Counted from the first letter of the stretch, positions 1 to 15,061 are shown. The stretch is 64,000 nt of DNA from the human T2T-CHM13v2.0 reference genome, Homo sapiens (GCF_009914755.1 NC_060947.1); one strand, 5' to 3'. The notes: generated by a model from the sequence alone, not told the origin. A program made the numbers and translations.

Positions 1-39
1 CTCTGTCTTCTCCCTCTGCCCTCCAACAGCTTCTTAGAG

Positions 40-480
40 GTCTGAAGCATCACCATAGCCATAACCCCTGAGTCTTCTCCAAGCAAAACAACTCCACTTC
101 CTTCAACTGTTCTTCATGAGACCAGGGCCCCTGCTTTCTCCACAGCATGCTTTTGCCTCCCTGGTCATGCTCCAGTGTGACTCTGGTACCCTTAATATGT
201 GGCACACAGAGCTGACACCATATTCCAGGGCAGTCTGTCACCTCCTTGTTCTTGAAACTTTACTTCTATACTGCCTACAGATGCAGCTGAAGGTTCCATG
301 GATGTATTTGGTCAGACCATGCATATGACAGTCACCTCCTCACCTCTGCTCCTTGCCCTCTCACCTGGTTCCCCCTTGCCAGCCTACATTTGAGGACTGG
401 ATCCAAGAGCAAGACCTAACATTTCTCCCTGTCGTATTTACTTTGTAAGCTTCAGCCCCTCCTTCTAGTCTGTCAGGAAT
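40..480 (-). mobile_element. Ancient CR1/L3 LINE fragment (approximate limits)
   Basis: Stretches such as CTCCAAGCAAAACAACTCCACTTCCTTCAACTGTTCTTCAT and GCACACAGAGCTGACACCATATTCCAGG resemble the reverse strand of CR1/L3 as recalled; heavily degraded. Confidence 0.5.
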
Positions 481-909
481 GGGAATGTTTTTGAAAACAG
501 ACTCTGAAAGCCAATGAGATGTGCTCCTCCTGCCCACAGTTGGACCCAGGCTCCATATTTGATCAGTGAACAGCCACGTCCGCACATGTGCCACAAGGCA
601 TTTGTCTGCAAATTCATCCGGAGACCTTGACAGATGCCTGGAGGTCAGAAATCAGCCTCCTCTATGCTGCCATGTGGCCCCAGGAGCCTGAAGGAAACAC
701 CAAGTACATCTAGAAGTTGATGGTTGACCGATGGGAGAGGGGGCAAGATGCCAGTCACTCAGTCAGCCAACCTTTCCTGAAGATTGTTGGAGGCTCCAAG
801 TGACATAGGGGATAATGCAGAGAACATTCAGAGACATCATCTACTGCCTGTGCGCTCTGGAAGTTTCTAGTCTCACAAAAAGGAAGACCAGGGAGGCCCT
901 TAAGAAAAT

Positions 910-1347
910 ATAGCAGGCTGAATAATATCCCCCAAAGATATCAGGTCCTAATCCCTGGAACCTGTAAAAGTTACCTGATTTGGAAAAATGATCTTGGCAG
1001 ATGTGATCAAGTTAAGGGTTTCTAAATGCAATCACATAAGAGGGAGGCAGAGGAGACTTGAAACAGATGGAAAAAGAAAAGAAAAGACCACGTGACCATA
1101 GAGGCAGAGATTGGAGTGAAGTGGCTACAAGCCAAGGAATGCTGGCAGCCACAGAAGCTGGAAAAGACAAGGACCAGATTCTCCCTTAGAGCCTCTGGAA
1201 GGAGCATGGCCCCATCAACACCTTGATTTTGGCCCAGTGATACTGGCTTTAGACGTCTAGCCTCCAGATCCGTGAGAGAATACATTTTTGTTTTCTTCAG
1301 CCACCAAGTTTGTGGTCATTGTTACAGAAGCCACAGGAAACCGAGAT
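910..1347 (+). mobile_element. MaLR solo LTR, MLT1-type (MLT1C/D-like)
   Basis: Starts GCAGGCTGAATAATATCCCCCAAAGATATCAGGTCCTAATCCCTGGAACCTG; contains GCCAAGGAATGCTGGCAGCCACAGAAGCTGGAA; ends AGCCACCAAGTTTGTGGTCATTGTTACAG. Confidence 0.85.
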
Positions 1348-2574
1348 AGGTAATGAGGGAGGTCCACAGGCAGGTGAGGGGCCTGGACCACGACCAAGGT
1401 GGGCCAGGCAACTGATGGCCATAAATCTTAGGCAAGGCTTCCTGGAAGAGGCTGGAGCTGGGATCTCAAGAGTGATAGAGGAGGGGGCTTGGCAGAGGGA
1501 AGAGACAGGGCTCCCTGGGCTGTGACAATTGAGCAGATCAGGCCTGGTGTGGCCAGAGATCACTGAGACTGCAGAAGTGAAGGGGGGTGGTGTGTATGTG
1601 AAAAGGCCACATCCTGCCAAGTTGCCACTTTACGTCCTTCCCAGGGGAAAATGAGCAGAACCCTGCGTCGCCAGCAGGGTGGCCCTTGGTCATCCTGCAA
1701 AAAGCCAAGATGTGGGGTCAGACAGACCTGGTTCTAGCACCACCACATACTGGTGCCTGCTGCCTCCCTGAGCCTCAGTCTCCCCATCAGCAAAATGGGG
1801 ATGATAATATTGGTATAATTTCTAAGGATACTTTCTCATTTTCCAGCTTTCCCTTGTTGTCGCATTTCTTCTTTAAGCTAGATGTTCACAGGCAAGAGGA
1901 GGGCTGCTGCTTTTAAATGAAGGGATGCCAGGGCGGCATGGAAATGCCAAGACCCCCCTCCTCGGGATGAGGTGGGGGTTGGGCAAAACAGTAGCTGGCT
2001 GTGATTCTGTGCACACTGAAGGCCAGTGCCCTCCCTGCTTGCCTCCAAGAGCTGCCCTGCCAGGGCAGGTGCCCCTTCTTCCCCATAGGGCCTGGCTCCT
2101 CCCTCCTGACGTCTGCCAGCCCAGCTCCCAGGCAGCCTCAGGAAGGCATGGAGGAGAGTCGAGCTTGGCTATTTATAACATGGGATGTGATAAACACTTC
2201 CAAGAGATATTTCCCGATAGACCAAATTCAACAGAGATTACATAAGCAATTAGATCTTCTGAGCTTCTTTTTGCACAGAGGCTGCCAAAAGCATGTGTGA
2301 GCAAGTCTTTCTTTATAGTCATACATTTATACTTTATGAGAATGTAATTGAAATGTTTCAGGTGAGCAAGCCCACCCTCCCTCCCTGCTCCACGACTCAC
2401 CATCTCCCCCCAGCTGCCACAGGCTGGTTAGGGGACCTTGGGGCCTCTTCTTCTCAGCCAGCTGTATGTTCCTGGCCAAACTTCTGCCCCTGTCTGTACA
2501 AATACAGGGCTAGACAAGCTGGCGTCTTGAAGGATGTTGGGAGATTTGAGGACTCCCATGCCAGGGGCTGTGGG

Positions 2575-2790
2575 AAGAAGAGCACTAGGCAGGGAGCCCC
2601 AAGCCTGAACTGAAGCCTTACTGCCCCCATTGACTTGCTGAGTGGCCTCAGGCAGGACTCTTGCTCATTCTGTACCTTGTTTTTCCTTCTGTACAATGGG
2701 GAGAACAACCCCTAGACCATAGTGCTGTCATGAGAATTATGTGAGAATGTATATGTAAAGCTCCCACCCTGGTCTACGGTAGGTGCTCAA
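2575..2790 (+). mobile_element. MIR SINE
   Basis: Degenerate core (CTGTACAATGGGGAGAACAACC...GAGAATTATGTGAGAATGTATATGTAAAG...GTAGGTGCTCAA). Confidence 0.6.
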
Positions 2791-4228
2791 GACATTCTGA
2801 ATCCTAGGGTCCCTTTCCTCTCTCTGGTCCACCATGGGCAGAGAGGACGGTTAGTAAGGAGTTTGGCTCCTGGTTCATCTGGCCTACCCTCACTGGACTC
2901 ACCTTCCTCTTATGCCACTTGCTTCTCCCCAAGTGCAGACGCTGCTTTCTCACCACACCTGATGGCTGCGGTGGGCCTTAACAGTGGGAGTTGTCTCTTG
3001 CTAAGGGTGAGAGCTGTCTACTTTCGACAAGGGTTGCGCCTCCACTTCTTCCTGGTCCAAGTGCCAAGACTCAAGCTGATCCTCAGGTGCTGGCCCTTCC
3101 CACCACAGTAGGATCTTTTGTCTGTCAAAATGTGCAGGTCCAAATCCCCCAAAGCCTTACAGCCAGCAGCCCCTGGGTCCTGGCTCTCATAAGTTTAGCT
3201 GTCATGACTTGACACACAGTGGCCCAGCAGGCCCGCCTGCCCACTTTGTCCATGGGGGAACTGGGCAGGATGGCTGGCTGGCAGCAGCCCAAGGTGGCTG
3301 GGGTGCTGAGAGGAGGCCTGACCCTAATTATCCTCTCCTTCCTCAGCTCTGGTTGTCCTCTTCACGAACCCTGAGCTCCTGCCACACTCAGTTGCTTACT
3401 CTGTTCTTCCCACCTCCAGGCCTTTGCCTGTGCTGGTCCCTCAGCCTCTGCTCCATCTCCATGTAATAGGTCCCTACTCATCATACAGGTCCCAGTCCAA
3501 ATACTGACCTACTCTGCAAAGGCAACGATCTCCAAGATCTGCACTCCCAGGGGCTTAGTGTGTCACCCTCTCCTGGTATCAGGGTGTACTGTGGGTCTAT
3601 GCTCTCTGTGGTCCCCTGTGGCTAGCCTGGAGCGCCTAGCTCAGAGGAGATGCCCTGGGGTATTTTGGGCAGTAGGATCAGGGTGGTCAGTATGGGGGAC
3701 AGTGAGGCAGGTGGAATCTCTTCCCCCAAGGCCAAGCAGAAATGGGCCAGCATAGCTGGGGGCTCCTTTCAGTGGAAGAAATGGAAGCGAGGGGTTGAGG
3801 GAGGGTGGAGCCTCTTAAAGCTAAGATGTGACTTTAAAGGCATTCAGCAAGCACTCAAAGAAGGTTATTGTGGGACCCCTGGAAATACTTCTGCTGTGTA
3901 AGTGGCAAGGGGTCTGTTTTAATGTGGTGGACAGAAAACTGGCCCTGGAATCAGAAGACCACCATGCAACCAGCTATGTGATCTTGGCCAAGTCACCTGT
4001 TCTGACTCTCAGTTTCTTCATTGTACAATGGCATAGGAATCCCTACCTTACATGGCTGTTTCAAGAAGCAAATGATAGCATGTGAACACTAGTCAGGACC
4101 GAAACAAACCACCATTTCCCTTCCCCACCAGGCCCTCCAGGGAGCTCACAATGTATCTGGGGGCCTTATCCAGTAGAGCCCAAGTAGATTCCTAAGTGTT
4201 GAGGGCCTCGAAGTTGAGTAATGAGTTC

Positions 4229-5190
<962 letters not shown>

Positions 5191-5199
5191 AAGAATATA

Positions 5200-5490
5200 C
5201 ACTGGGCACGGTGGCTCACATCTGTAGTCTCAGCACTTTGGGAGACTGAAGTGGGTGGATCACTTAAGGTCAGGAGTTCAGACCAGCCCAGACAACATGG
5301 TGAAATCCCGTCTCTACCAAAAATACACAAATTAGTGGGCGTGGTGGTGTGTGCCTGTAGTCCCAGCTACTCGGGAGGCTTAGGTGGGAGGACCACCTGA
5401 GCAGCAGAGGTTACAGTGAGCCGTGATGGCACCACTGCACTCCAGTCTGGGTGACAGAGTGAGGCCCTGCCTCAAGAAAAAAGGAAAAAG
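5200..5490 (+). mobile_element. Alu (older, AluJ/S-like)
   Basis: CTGGGCACGGTGGCTCACATCTGTAGTCTCAGCACTTTGGGAG ... CACTGCACTCCAGTCTGGGTGACAGAG, A-rich tail. Confidence 0.93.
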
Positions 5491-5504
5491 AGAGAACAAA
5501 GAAC

Positions 5505-5715
5505 GCTTACTTGGCATCTATTATATGTGCATCCATCATCTCACTGAATCCTCCTGACTGCCCTGTGAAGTCAAGCTCATTTACCTCCACTGAACTGAGG
5601 AGGAAATTTAGTCTCAGACAGGCAAGTGGCCTGCCCAAAGTCACACAGCAAAGTGGCAGACTAGGACTAGGAGCCAGTTCTGTGTGATTCCAAAGCTTAC
5701 ATGCTTTCCATGACA
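5505..5715 (-). mobile_element. MIR SINE
   Basis: GAGGAAATTTAGTCTCAGACAGGCAAGTGGCCTGCCCAAAGTCACACAGC core. Confidence 0.7.
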
Positions 5716-7519
5716 CTGTGACTGGGTCCTGGGCTAGGTCCTGCTTTCCCCGACATCAGCTCTCTGAAGAGGAGTTTCTTGCCACTGCTATGTTCTAAAC
5801 CCGGCCTGGAGCCCTGTTCAGCCCACCTGATTCTCCTCCCTCACTCCTGAGACCAGCCTTCATGTCTTCATCTGTAAAATGCAGGGACAGCCCATTGTCA
5901 CTATGGCAATGTGAGGGCTAAATGAGATGGGATGAGATAGCAAAAGCTCCCTGTCTAGGGTCTGGCACACTCCCTTCCCTCTTCCCTCTTAGCGGCAGGA
6001 TTCACCTGTGGCCTAGATGCCCAGCAAGCTGCCCCCGCTGCCCTGGTGCTCCCTTCCCCACCCAGTTCCCCACTGAGAAGCCAGCACCCCTAGGCAGGGC
6101 CCTGTCAGGCACACGCTCTCCCTTGTTCTCGCTGTCCATTCCTCGTGGCTCAGGCAGATGGGATGAGTCCTGTCATGCAAGAAGGATGCAGAAGCAGGAA
6201 GAAAAGCTCACCTCCTCTGGCATGATGTTTTTTATTCCCACCAAAAACAAACATAACTGACACTCACTCTGTGGGGTCCAAGCCCCTCTGGGGAAACAGA
6301 GAGGGAGCAAAATATCCATCCCATGCCTTTCCTCTCCACATCCCAACTCTTCTGCCACAAAGCCTCAAGAATACTTCAAACCAAAAGGAAGCAATGGCTT
6401 GCTCTCGGTGCAGCACTCTTACGGTACATCTGGAGAATCTCAGGCTCAGGAAAAAGGGACTTGGCCAAGAGCACACAGCTACTTAACAGTAGCACCAGAA
6501 ATGAAATCCTCGTCTTCACTCCTAGAAGTGTGCCTTTGCCTCTCGTCGTGACCACACGGCAGCCCGCAGGTACCTGGCATGTGAGCCCATGTGCCCCTGA
6601 CTAGCTTCCACTATTCTATGCAAGGGCCACTCAAGGGGCATTGGTGGGGGGTGTCTATGTTCAGCATCTCTTACAAGCCCCTGACCCTTGCTCCCTGTCC
6701 CCAGGACAGAGGTTCCATCCTGGGTCACCCCAGAGTAAGGACTCATTCCCCAAGCTGCGTGGATCAAGGGCCCAGGAACGGACGCCACTACTGTTCTCTT
6801 GCCTCAGCCACCCACCTCCATCCCTGGAGACTGGCTTCTCCCCGGATTACCTGGCACCCACTATGCCCCCTCTTGGCAGTCCCATCATTGACCCCAACCC
6901 AGACTCTCTCCTACTCAAGCCAGGAAGAGTGGGAGGGCACACAGAGGCCATGAGGAAACTCGTGCTGAGCCGGCCCTTGGGGACCTCATACTGGTGAGCA
7001 AGAAAGGGGCCATGGCCTCTGGGGGTGAGAGAGCCAGCGCGGGATTATGGGCTCCTCGCTCGGAAATGATTGGTCGTGACAAGCTCACTGCAGGAACAAA
7101 GCCATGTGAAATTGACCTCATCACCAGCGATCAGATCAGATTGTTTAGTGTGAGGGGAATGTGAGGGGGTGTTCAGCTAGGCGATGACCTAGTTAGGGCC
7201 TTAAAGAGGCAGAGCAGCTGCCCCACTCTGGGGAGACAGAGGCAAGAGGCCTCCCAGGGGAAGCCCCCACTGAGCTGCAGGTAGAGGAAGACCCATTCCC
7301 ATGCAGGCCTTTCAGCATCTCCAGAGGGTAGCTGAGCACCTGGGCTAGGGTCTAGCCTCAGGGGACTAAGGGACAGTGATAGAGGGGGCCAGGGTAGGAA
7401 GCAAGGGCAGAGTTCCTATACTTGTCCAGGGAGATTAATGAGATAGAGCAAAAACTGGGGCAACTCGGAGGGTAGAAGTTGGGGAGATCCTAGGGGACAG
7501 GAGTTGAATTTATTTAACA

Positions 7520-7720
7520 ATTATTTGTTTATTTACTACACCTCAGATGCTATTCTGAATATTTTACATATATTAACTCAACCCTCAAAACAACCCAATG
7601 AAGTAGATACAATTATGATGCCCATTTTATAGATGGGAAAAACTGAGACTTGCGAATCTATTATGTGGCCCAGCCTGGGCTGTCTGGTTCTGGTGTCTGT
7701 GCTATTAACTGCTGTATTCT
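7520..7720 (-). mobile_element. MIR SINE
   Basis: CCCATTTTATAGATGGGAAAAACTGAGAC core. Confidence 0.7.
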
Positions 7721-10282
7721 ACTGCATTGCCTCTCTTTGACAGGGTTGACCAAATGTGGCAGGCCAAATAGAAACTAGGAGGAGGTTCCCAATGCCTTTG
7801 AGGCCTTTCTTTCCTATCAGGCCCTAGGGGCACCAGGAGGCCCAGAGGCTGGGGCAGGGAAGAGGGGTCCTGTCAGGAACTTCAGGAACAGGTGCCTGTT
7901 TTCTCCTTGGATCCTGTTTCCTGACACTTGCTTGAGGAACCAAGAGGGGAGGGAAAGCAAAGGCACATGTGGTCAGCTGGGCAGAGCAGGCTCCTTTCTG
8001 CCAAGTGCTGCCTTAGGGAATATGATTTCTGCTGCCTGAGAAGTATAGAGGGATGCCAGAGAGGGGGCAGGACTTCTGGTGGGCACATGGTGTTAACTCT
8101 TTCATCTCTGATATGTATGCAAAAAGCTTAGCACAGGGCCTGGCACAGAGAAGTAAGGCACTCACTAAATGTGCAACAAACAGCAAAATCCACTGGGGGT
8201 AGGGCCAGAGCAACAGCTGCAGCATGAAGGATCCTGGTTGGCTTCTGGGAATCATTCCAGGGAGACCAGAAATCTCCCCTTGAGGGCTTGAAGCATAGAG
8301 AGACCCCTGCCACCCCAAGGAGTTTGGAAGCACCTGAGGCCAGTGCCTGGGTGGAATCTGCTGGGAGTTGCAAGTGTGCCGCTCTGATGGAAGTTGAGGG
8401 GTAGATACAGAACTGGTCTGGCCAGGCTAGGCTGGGCCCCTTCCTAGTTTGGTGCAAGCTGAAGAGCCCAGGCTGGCAGGATCTCAAGACTTCGTGCCTG
8501 CTCGCTAGGAAGTATGTGGCTGAAAAGCACTCTTGCTACTCCCGGGCGCTGGGCTGAAGGAGCTGACTCAATGCTCTGTGCCTCTCTTCTTACAGGGCAT
8601 CCAGTCCTGAATGTGCCCCCAGAGCAGGCCTCTCTGCTCTCTGGCTCTTGGCTGCCCAGTTCCCTGGGCACCTGAGGTCTCCTGTCAAGGGCTTTGGGTC
8701 TCAGGCAGGGACGGGCCAGCCTGCCTCCTGCCCTGGCCTTCTTTCCAGCTGCCTGCCTACTGTCCCTATGTCCTCAGGCTGGGCCAGTTTCCATTCCCCC
8801 ACCTTATCTCAGACTGAGGTGAGGTGGGACATGACCTGGTGGGACATCATTTCTGACCAGTAGCCCTTCCCTGGAATATTTCTGATGCTCCTGCCAACTC
8901 CCTCCCCAATTTGGTTTAGGATAGGGATGCCCTCTCCCAGGATGCAGCACAACTACAATGGGTTGGAGGGCCTCTCATTCTCTCCTGAGAGCCCACATTG
9001 AGAGAATGCAGGCAGAAAAGGACCTTAATTCTTCGGGGAGACCTCTGAAGGACTGCCAAAGGGCAGAGGGAGCTGGAGTGACCTGGATGATCCCAAGGAC
9101 CACAATTAAGACCTGTGGGTGGAAGCCACAGAAATAGTGATTTTAGTCCACTTCCAGAAAAGACCTCCTGTCAGTTTGAGCTGTTCTGCAAGGGGATGGC
9201 TGAGTCAGGGCCTATCGATACCCCCGTCCCCAGAGGTTTGGAAGTAGAGGCTGGATGGACAACCATGACGGATGCTGTAATAGGGCCTTTGAAAGGAGGG
9301 TGGGACTATTCTATCCCCATGTCCTTCTCTGTGTTTTTTGTTGCAATTGCTACAGCCCCATGGGATGTTGTCCTCTGGTCAGCTCCCCTCAACAGAATAC
9401 CTATGCAAGTTCTTGAAGTTAAAGACAAACAAAAAGGCCAAGAGCAAATTCAAGACATGGCTTTGGGGTGGAGGGAAAGAGAGGAGGAAAGAGACAAGGA
9501 GAAAATAAAAGTGTGGGGTGGGGGGCAGCGCAAGAGCAATGACAGAGAAAGGGAGATAGATAAATAGAAAAAGGGCCAGAGACATCAAACCAGAGGCAGG
9601 GACAAAGTTGGAGACGGAGAACTGTTTCCTGGACTTCATTCTCCTTTGTCTCCAGCCCAGTGGCATTGAGGTTTCTGAGGAACATAGCTGACCCCTAACC
9701 CTATATGTTGCTTCAAAAGTGAAGGAGTGGCCCCCAAGGGCAGCTGTGCCAGTTGCATTGGTCAAGGCCTTGGAACATGCCTGGCCTGGGCCACCAGGCT
9801 TCTCCTCAGTTGTGCCTTTGAGCAAAGAGAGGCTTTCAGTGGGGCCCCAGAGGCGCCCAGGTGGGAAAAGCCAAGAGAAGGCTCTGGGGGAGATGGTCTC
9901 TGACCTCATACATCTAAAGAGCTGCCACTGGGTAGAGAGGGCAGACTAGGGTCTGGTGGCCCCAGGGTACAGAGCTGTGATCCACAGGTGGCAGCCACAC
10001 AGAGGTAGTACTCAGCTCAATCCAGGGAAGGACTTGATAGTCATCAGGGCTTTTCACAGAGGGATGGAGTAAGAGAGGCAAGAGAGGCTGGCTGACCTCC
10101 TGGTGGTGGAGTGGGAGGGCCCAGGATTGCATGGAAATGAGACTAGACAGCTTCAGAGCCTAAGAGAGGAGCTGATTCTGTGATTCCCTGTGTACTGGGT
10201 GACACATCTTTCCAGCCCAAAGGAGAGAATCCTGCGTTACTTTACATAGCCAAGCTTTCTAACAAGGCTTTTACATAAGAAT

Positions 10283-10490
10283 GTTTCTATGTTTCTAATC
10301 TGAAGAATTTGCATGTATCTATGTTGTAATCTCTATGACTATGTAACTATCTATCTATGCATTTATAAATTTCCATAGCTCTGTATCTCTATATCTATCT
10401 ATATATCTAAATGCCTCTATATCTAAGTAACTATAGGTCTATTTATGCATCTCTTTGCTCTATGTCTATCTATTCTCTATGCATCTCTCT
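10283..10490. repeat. Degenerate (CTAT)n-like low-complexity tract
   Basis: Recurrent CTAT/TCTAT/CTATAT units (CTATCTATCTATGC, TCTATATCTATCTATATATCT). Confidence 0.75.
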
Positions 10491-11114
10491 CTCCACTTCT
10501 GAACGATCTCCAGGATGGAGATCCTGGAGGTTTAGAGCCCCCTGCTTCCTCAGCTGCCTCTGTCCATGGCCATTGCCCACCTTCATGCCAGTTGTTCAAG
10601 GCCTGCCCTCCTGGCCTCCTTTCCCACAGGACAGTGGCCGTCCCGGGCTTGGGCCAAGGGGTTACTAGGAGGATCCTGGCCAAAGTCCGGAAAGCCATCC
10701 TTGCAAGCCAGAAGCAGCTGCTCTGCCTGCATTTGGGGGTTAGGAAGACAGGAGAAGCAGGAAGAGAATTCTGGGGAAGTGTCGGGGAGGGGAAGTGTGG
10801 GGGAGGGGAGGGTGGGAGACAGGGAATGTAGGAGCAACCGAGCACTTGTTAATTTTTATTATGGGAGGCAGAACATCCAGATTAGTGGCCCGGTGTTGTC
10901 ATGTACTTGCTGTGTGATCTAGGACAAAGTCCTGTCCTTCGCTGTGCTTTAGTGTTTCTGTCCACACCATGAACATCTTTAAGGATCCTTCTGGAGCTGC
11001 TGTCCTGGAGTTTGGTGACAGGGCAACAGTCATCAAACTTTTAAAATCATGAACTCTTATCACTAAAGCATTTTGAGCACACCAACTCAACATATTCACA
11101 GAAATTTGTTTATA

Positions 11115-11330
11115 CACAATAGTGATTAAGAACACAGACTTTGGGCCTGGCCTGTGTGAGTTTGCATGCTGGCTTTTTGCTTGGGCAGGTGATTCCATCT
11201 CTTTCCACATGCTATGGAAAGTGGAGCTGGTAATACTACTTACGGCCATAAGGTGTTGTGAGGATCTTGTGAGTTAATGCATGTGGTGTCTGGGACACAG
11301 TAAGTGTACATGTGTTGCTATTATTATACA
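11115..11330 (+). mobile_element. MIR SINE
   Basis: GTGATTAAGAACACAGACTTTGG ... GTTGTGAGGATCTTGTGAGTTAATGCATGT ... ACACAGTAAGTG. Confidence 0.7.
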
Positions 11331-11910
11331 TGCATTACTTTACTAATTGATTAGGTATATCACAAATGACATGCTGAACGTCAAAACTGTTAAAAGGTGA
11401 GGTAAAAATAAATAAAACATATATTGTGATATTTTTCTCTCATTCCCCAAATGGGTTGCCTGGTACAGTTGGAGTTGGAGGTGACTGTTGTAGAGTTTGG
11501 TTGGGACCTCTTCTCTCGCCTTCTGACTGACTCTACTAGAGGAGCTTGAGTTTGACAGTGGGCCCCCAGGAGCTGACTGGGATGCCCCTCACTACACAAC
11601 CACTCCTGGGGCTGCTGCATCTTTCCAGGAGTCCCAAAGGGAGCCCTACTTCCCTAGACCCCAAGGGCCAGCGCCATCCCAGGGACCCTCCCACACAGGC
11701 CCCCAGGCTCTGCGGCCCACACATCAGGCCTCTGATTTTTCCACAGACCAGAGCCTGGTGTCCAGGTGGAGTCCCTTCTTCTTTCCCTCAGCATAGCCGG
11801 CCTCACAGGGTAGGACACCAACCTCTGAACCACAGATGAGCAAGCCAAGCCCAGGGCTAACAGTTGGCATGAATCACTATTTATCAAATTCATAATAAGA
11901 GCTCACCACT

Positions 11911-12652
<742 letters not shown>

Positions 12653-12779
12653 TTATTCCAATGTGACTGATGCTGGAGAGCACATGGTGAATAAGCCAGG
12701 GAGCCCGAAAAGACTTCCAGCAGTGTGACTGGAGAGCAGCCTCTTAACCACCTTTTGATGCAGAATGAACGAATGAGGG

Positions 12780-13340
12780 AACGGGTTCTCGGGCCCCCTC
12801 CACACTATTCCAAGTCACCTGCTGTTGCCTTCCTTAAGTCGGGGCTTATCCAGACCCCTCAGCTTCCCCGCTTTTTTTTCTCCCGGTGTCCAGGTCAGCA
12901 GGTCCAAGGCTCTTCCGGCGCCCCCTCCCCGTGCCGGCAGGGCCCCCTACCTCCTCGGAGCCCCGCCCCTCCGCGGCCGACCCGCAGGTAATCCCCACCC
13001 CCATCCTGCCCCCAGAGCTGCAGCCCCTTCCAATTAGCCCAGGCTCGGAGCTTCTAGGCTGGGACCGGCTTCTCCCCTCCCGCCCCTCCCCCACCTGGCT
13101 CCCACGTGGGGAGCCCGGCTCCCAGGCCTCGGCGGCCCCATTCACAGCGCCCTCCTCCATTGTCCTCGCACTGTCACTCACGCATGGTATTAGCATTTCT
13201 AAAGCCCCCTTCTCCGCGTCGCCGCTGTGGCCCAGCCAAAAAGGGGCTCACTTTGAAACGTAAGTTTTGGGAAGGGGTGCTTCCTAGGCTGCTCAAAAGC
13301 TTATCTTTGGGTCCTTTAACTCCGGGCCTCAGTGTGTTCG
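12780..13340. promoter_or_regulatory. CpG-rich, GC-box-containing promoter/enhancer-like island
   Basis: Non-repeat, GC-rich, many CpGs (CCGGCGCCCCCTCCCCGTGCCGG, CCGCGGCCGACCCGC, CCGCGTCGCCGC); GC boxes CCCCGCCCC at 12961-12969 and CCCGCCCC near 13079. Confidence 0.6.
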
Positions 13341-14474
13341 CCGATGAAATGGGGAGAATTGTTCTCCCTCATCTCTAGGCTCAAAACACCTGGAGCTTCT
13401 CAGCTCCAAGAGTGGTTGAGAAACAGGGCGGCCCCCAGGGGCCCCAATCAACTGCCTGTCCCTTCCTCTGGGTTTCCTGAGCCCTGCCAGTCTGGACCCT
13501 CCATTTCCCACCCACGTGCCAGGGGACACATGGAGTTTTGTCAAAACTGGTTTTCCCTGCCCTAACCCAGGCGCCTTTGTTAAGGGCCTGGCAGGATGGG
13601 GCATGAATGGGGGTGACTTCTTTGCCCTGGCATCTGAAACCCGCCTAAACACTTGGATGGAGAGACAGCGCCACCCAGTGGCTGCCTGGGCTCTATGCCA
13701 ATGTTCCCTGGGGTGGGTCCTCGCATACCTAGCTTCTGGGCTGGTAACGGAGGAGTCTCACCAGAGAAACCCTTTTCACTTGTGGAATTTCATTTACATT
13801 CGTTTAGCTGCTTCAGACCCCAAGCTAAATAAAGAGCTGGTGGTTAGAGTCCCAGCCGGCTCAGCTCAACCTCACACCCCACCCCACCCCTCTCATCCCT
13901 TGACCACCCTCACCACCCCTGCCCTGAGGCTCAGTCCATGGGGCTGGCGATGGCTCTTGCTCTAGGCTTTTCACCTCCCTGGGCCTCACTTTTCTCCATC
14001 TGGAAAATGGTAGAATATTCCCCAGCCACCCCCTCCTCCTGGTGGGCTGGGGAAATGGGCACTAGCTCGGGAGTTCCCTTTTTGTGGGGTGAAGGGGGGT
14101 GTGGGTATGAGGGCCAGGCAGTCCTCCAAGTCAGTTGGCCACCTGGACCCTGAGAATAGGCTCTGGCCCCATCCGTACACCACTGCCTGGAGACCCATCA
14201 GCTGCTGACCAGCCCCTCTGAATACCAGGAAAATAGGATCCACCCCTCCCCCATGCCTGCTTTCTTTCTTTAGTTCCTACCCCCTGCTTCTAGCCTCTTC
14301 CTGCTTCCTACCCCCAACCCTGCCTGTTCAGCCGTATGCTACAGGCTGTGGGCATTTCTCTTCAAGCCTCAGAGTGAGCAAAATGAGGCAGGTGACCTCT
14401 GTCTCCAGTTAAAGTCCCCTCCATATCCAGTTCCCTTCTGGAGCCCCTTTTGAACCTGCTCTGGCCGAAGCAAG

Positions 14475-15061
14475 TGTAGGGACCAAGGCAAAATTTCAAC
14501 TTCACCCTTGGAAGTTTCGCTGAAAAATCAACTCACAGAAGGCAGATTAATCAGAGAAAAGGCATACAAATGTATTAACATGTGCACAGGGAGAATCACG
14601 GAGTGATTACCCACGCCCGCAGTGGGGGGCAGAAGCTTAGATACCATCTTGAGGTTACACAAAGAATGGGGACTTGGATCGTGGCAAACAGGTTATGGGA
14701 AGGGGGAGAAGAGGAATTCTGCTGAGGGGCAATAAATGATTACCAATGAGAATGACTGAATTGGGGAACACAGATTAACGTGTAAACAGTTCTCTTTGGA
14801 ATTTAAACGACCCTGAGAGACACGTTATTCTGTGAAAAGAAACCAAACATTTTTGGTTTTCTTTTCTGCAATAGATAATAAGATAACAGGGAAGGAAAAA
14901 AAATTGTTCCCCTTGGAGGGTCTGTCCGTGGGGACAACGTACCCCACGTTGTAGTGGGGGGGGAAACATCCAGTGCCTGTTGATGTCTAGAGAACTTTAA
15001 TTCAAAATACTCCTTATACCAGGGACCCATATTTTGGGGTGAAATTCCTTGTGCTCCTTCA
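14475..15061 (-). mobile_element. ERV1 MER4-group solo LTR (MER39-like)
   Basis: TG...CA termini (TGTAGGGACC ... CTCCTTCA); near-TSD CAAG/CAGG; CATATTTTGGGGTGAAATTC end; visible homology with the LTR at 59132-59717. Confidence 0.8.
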
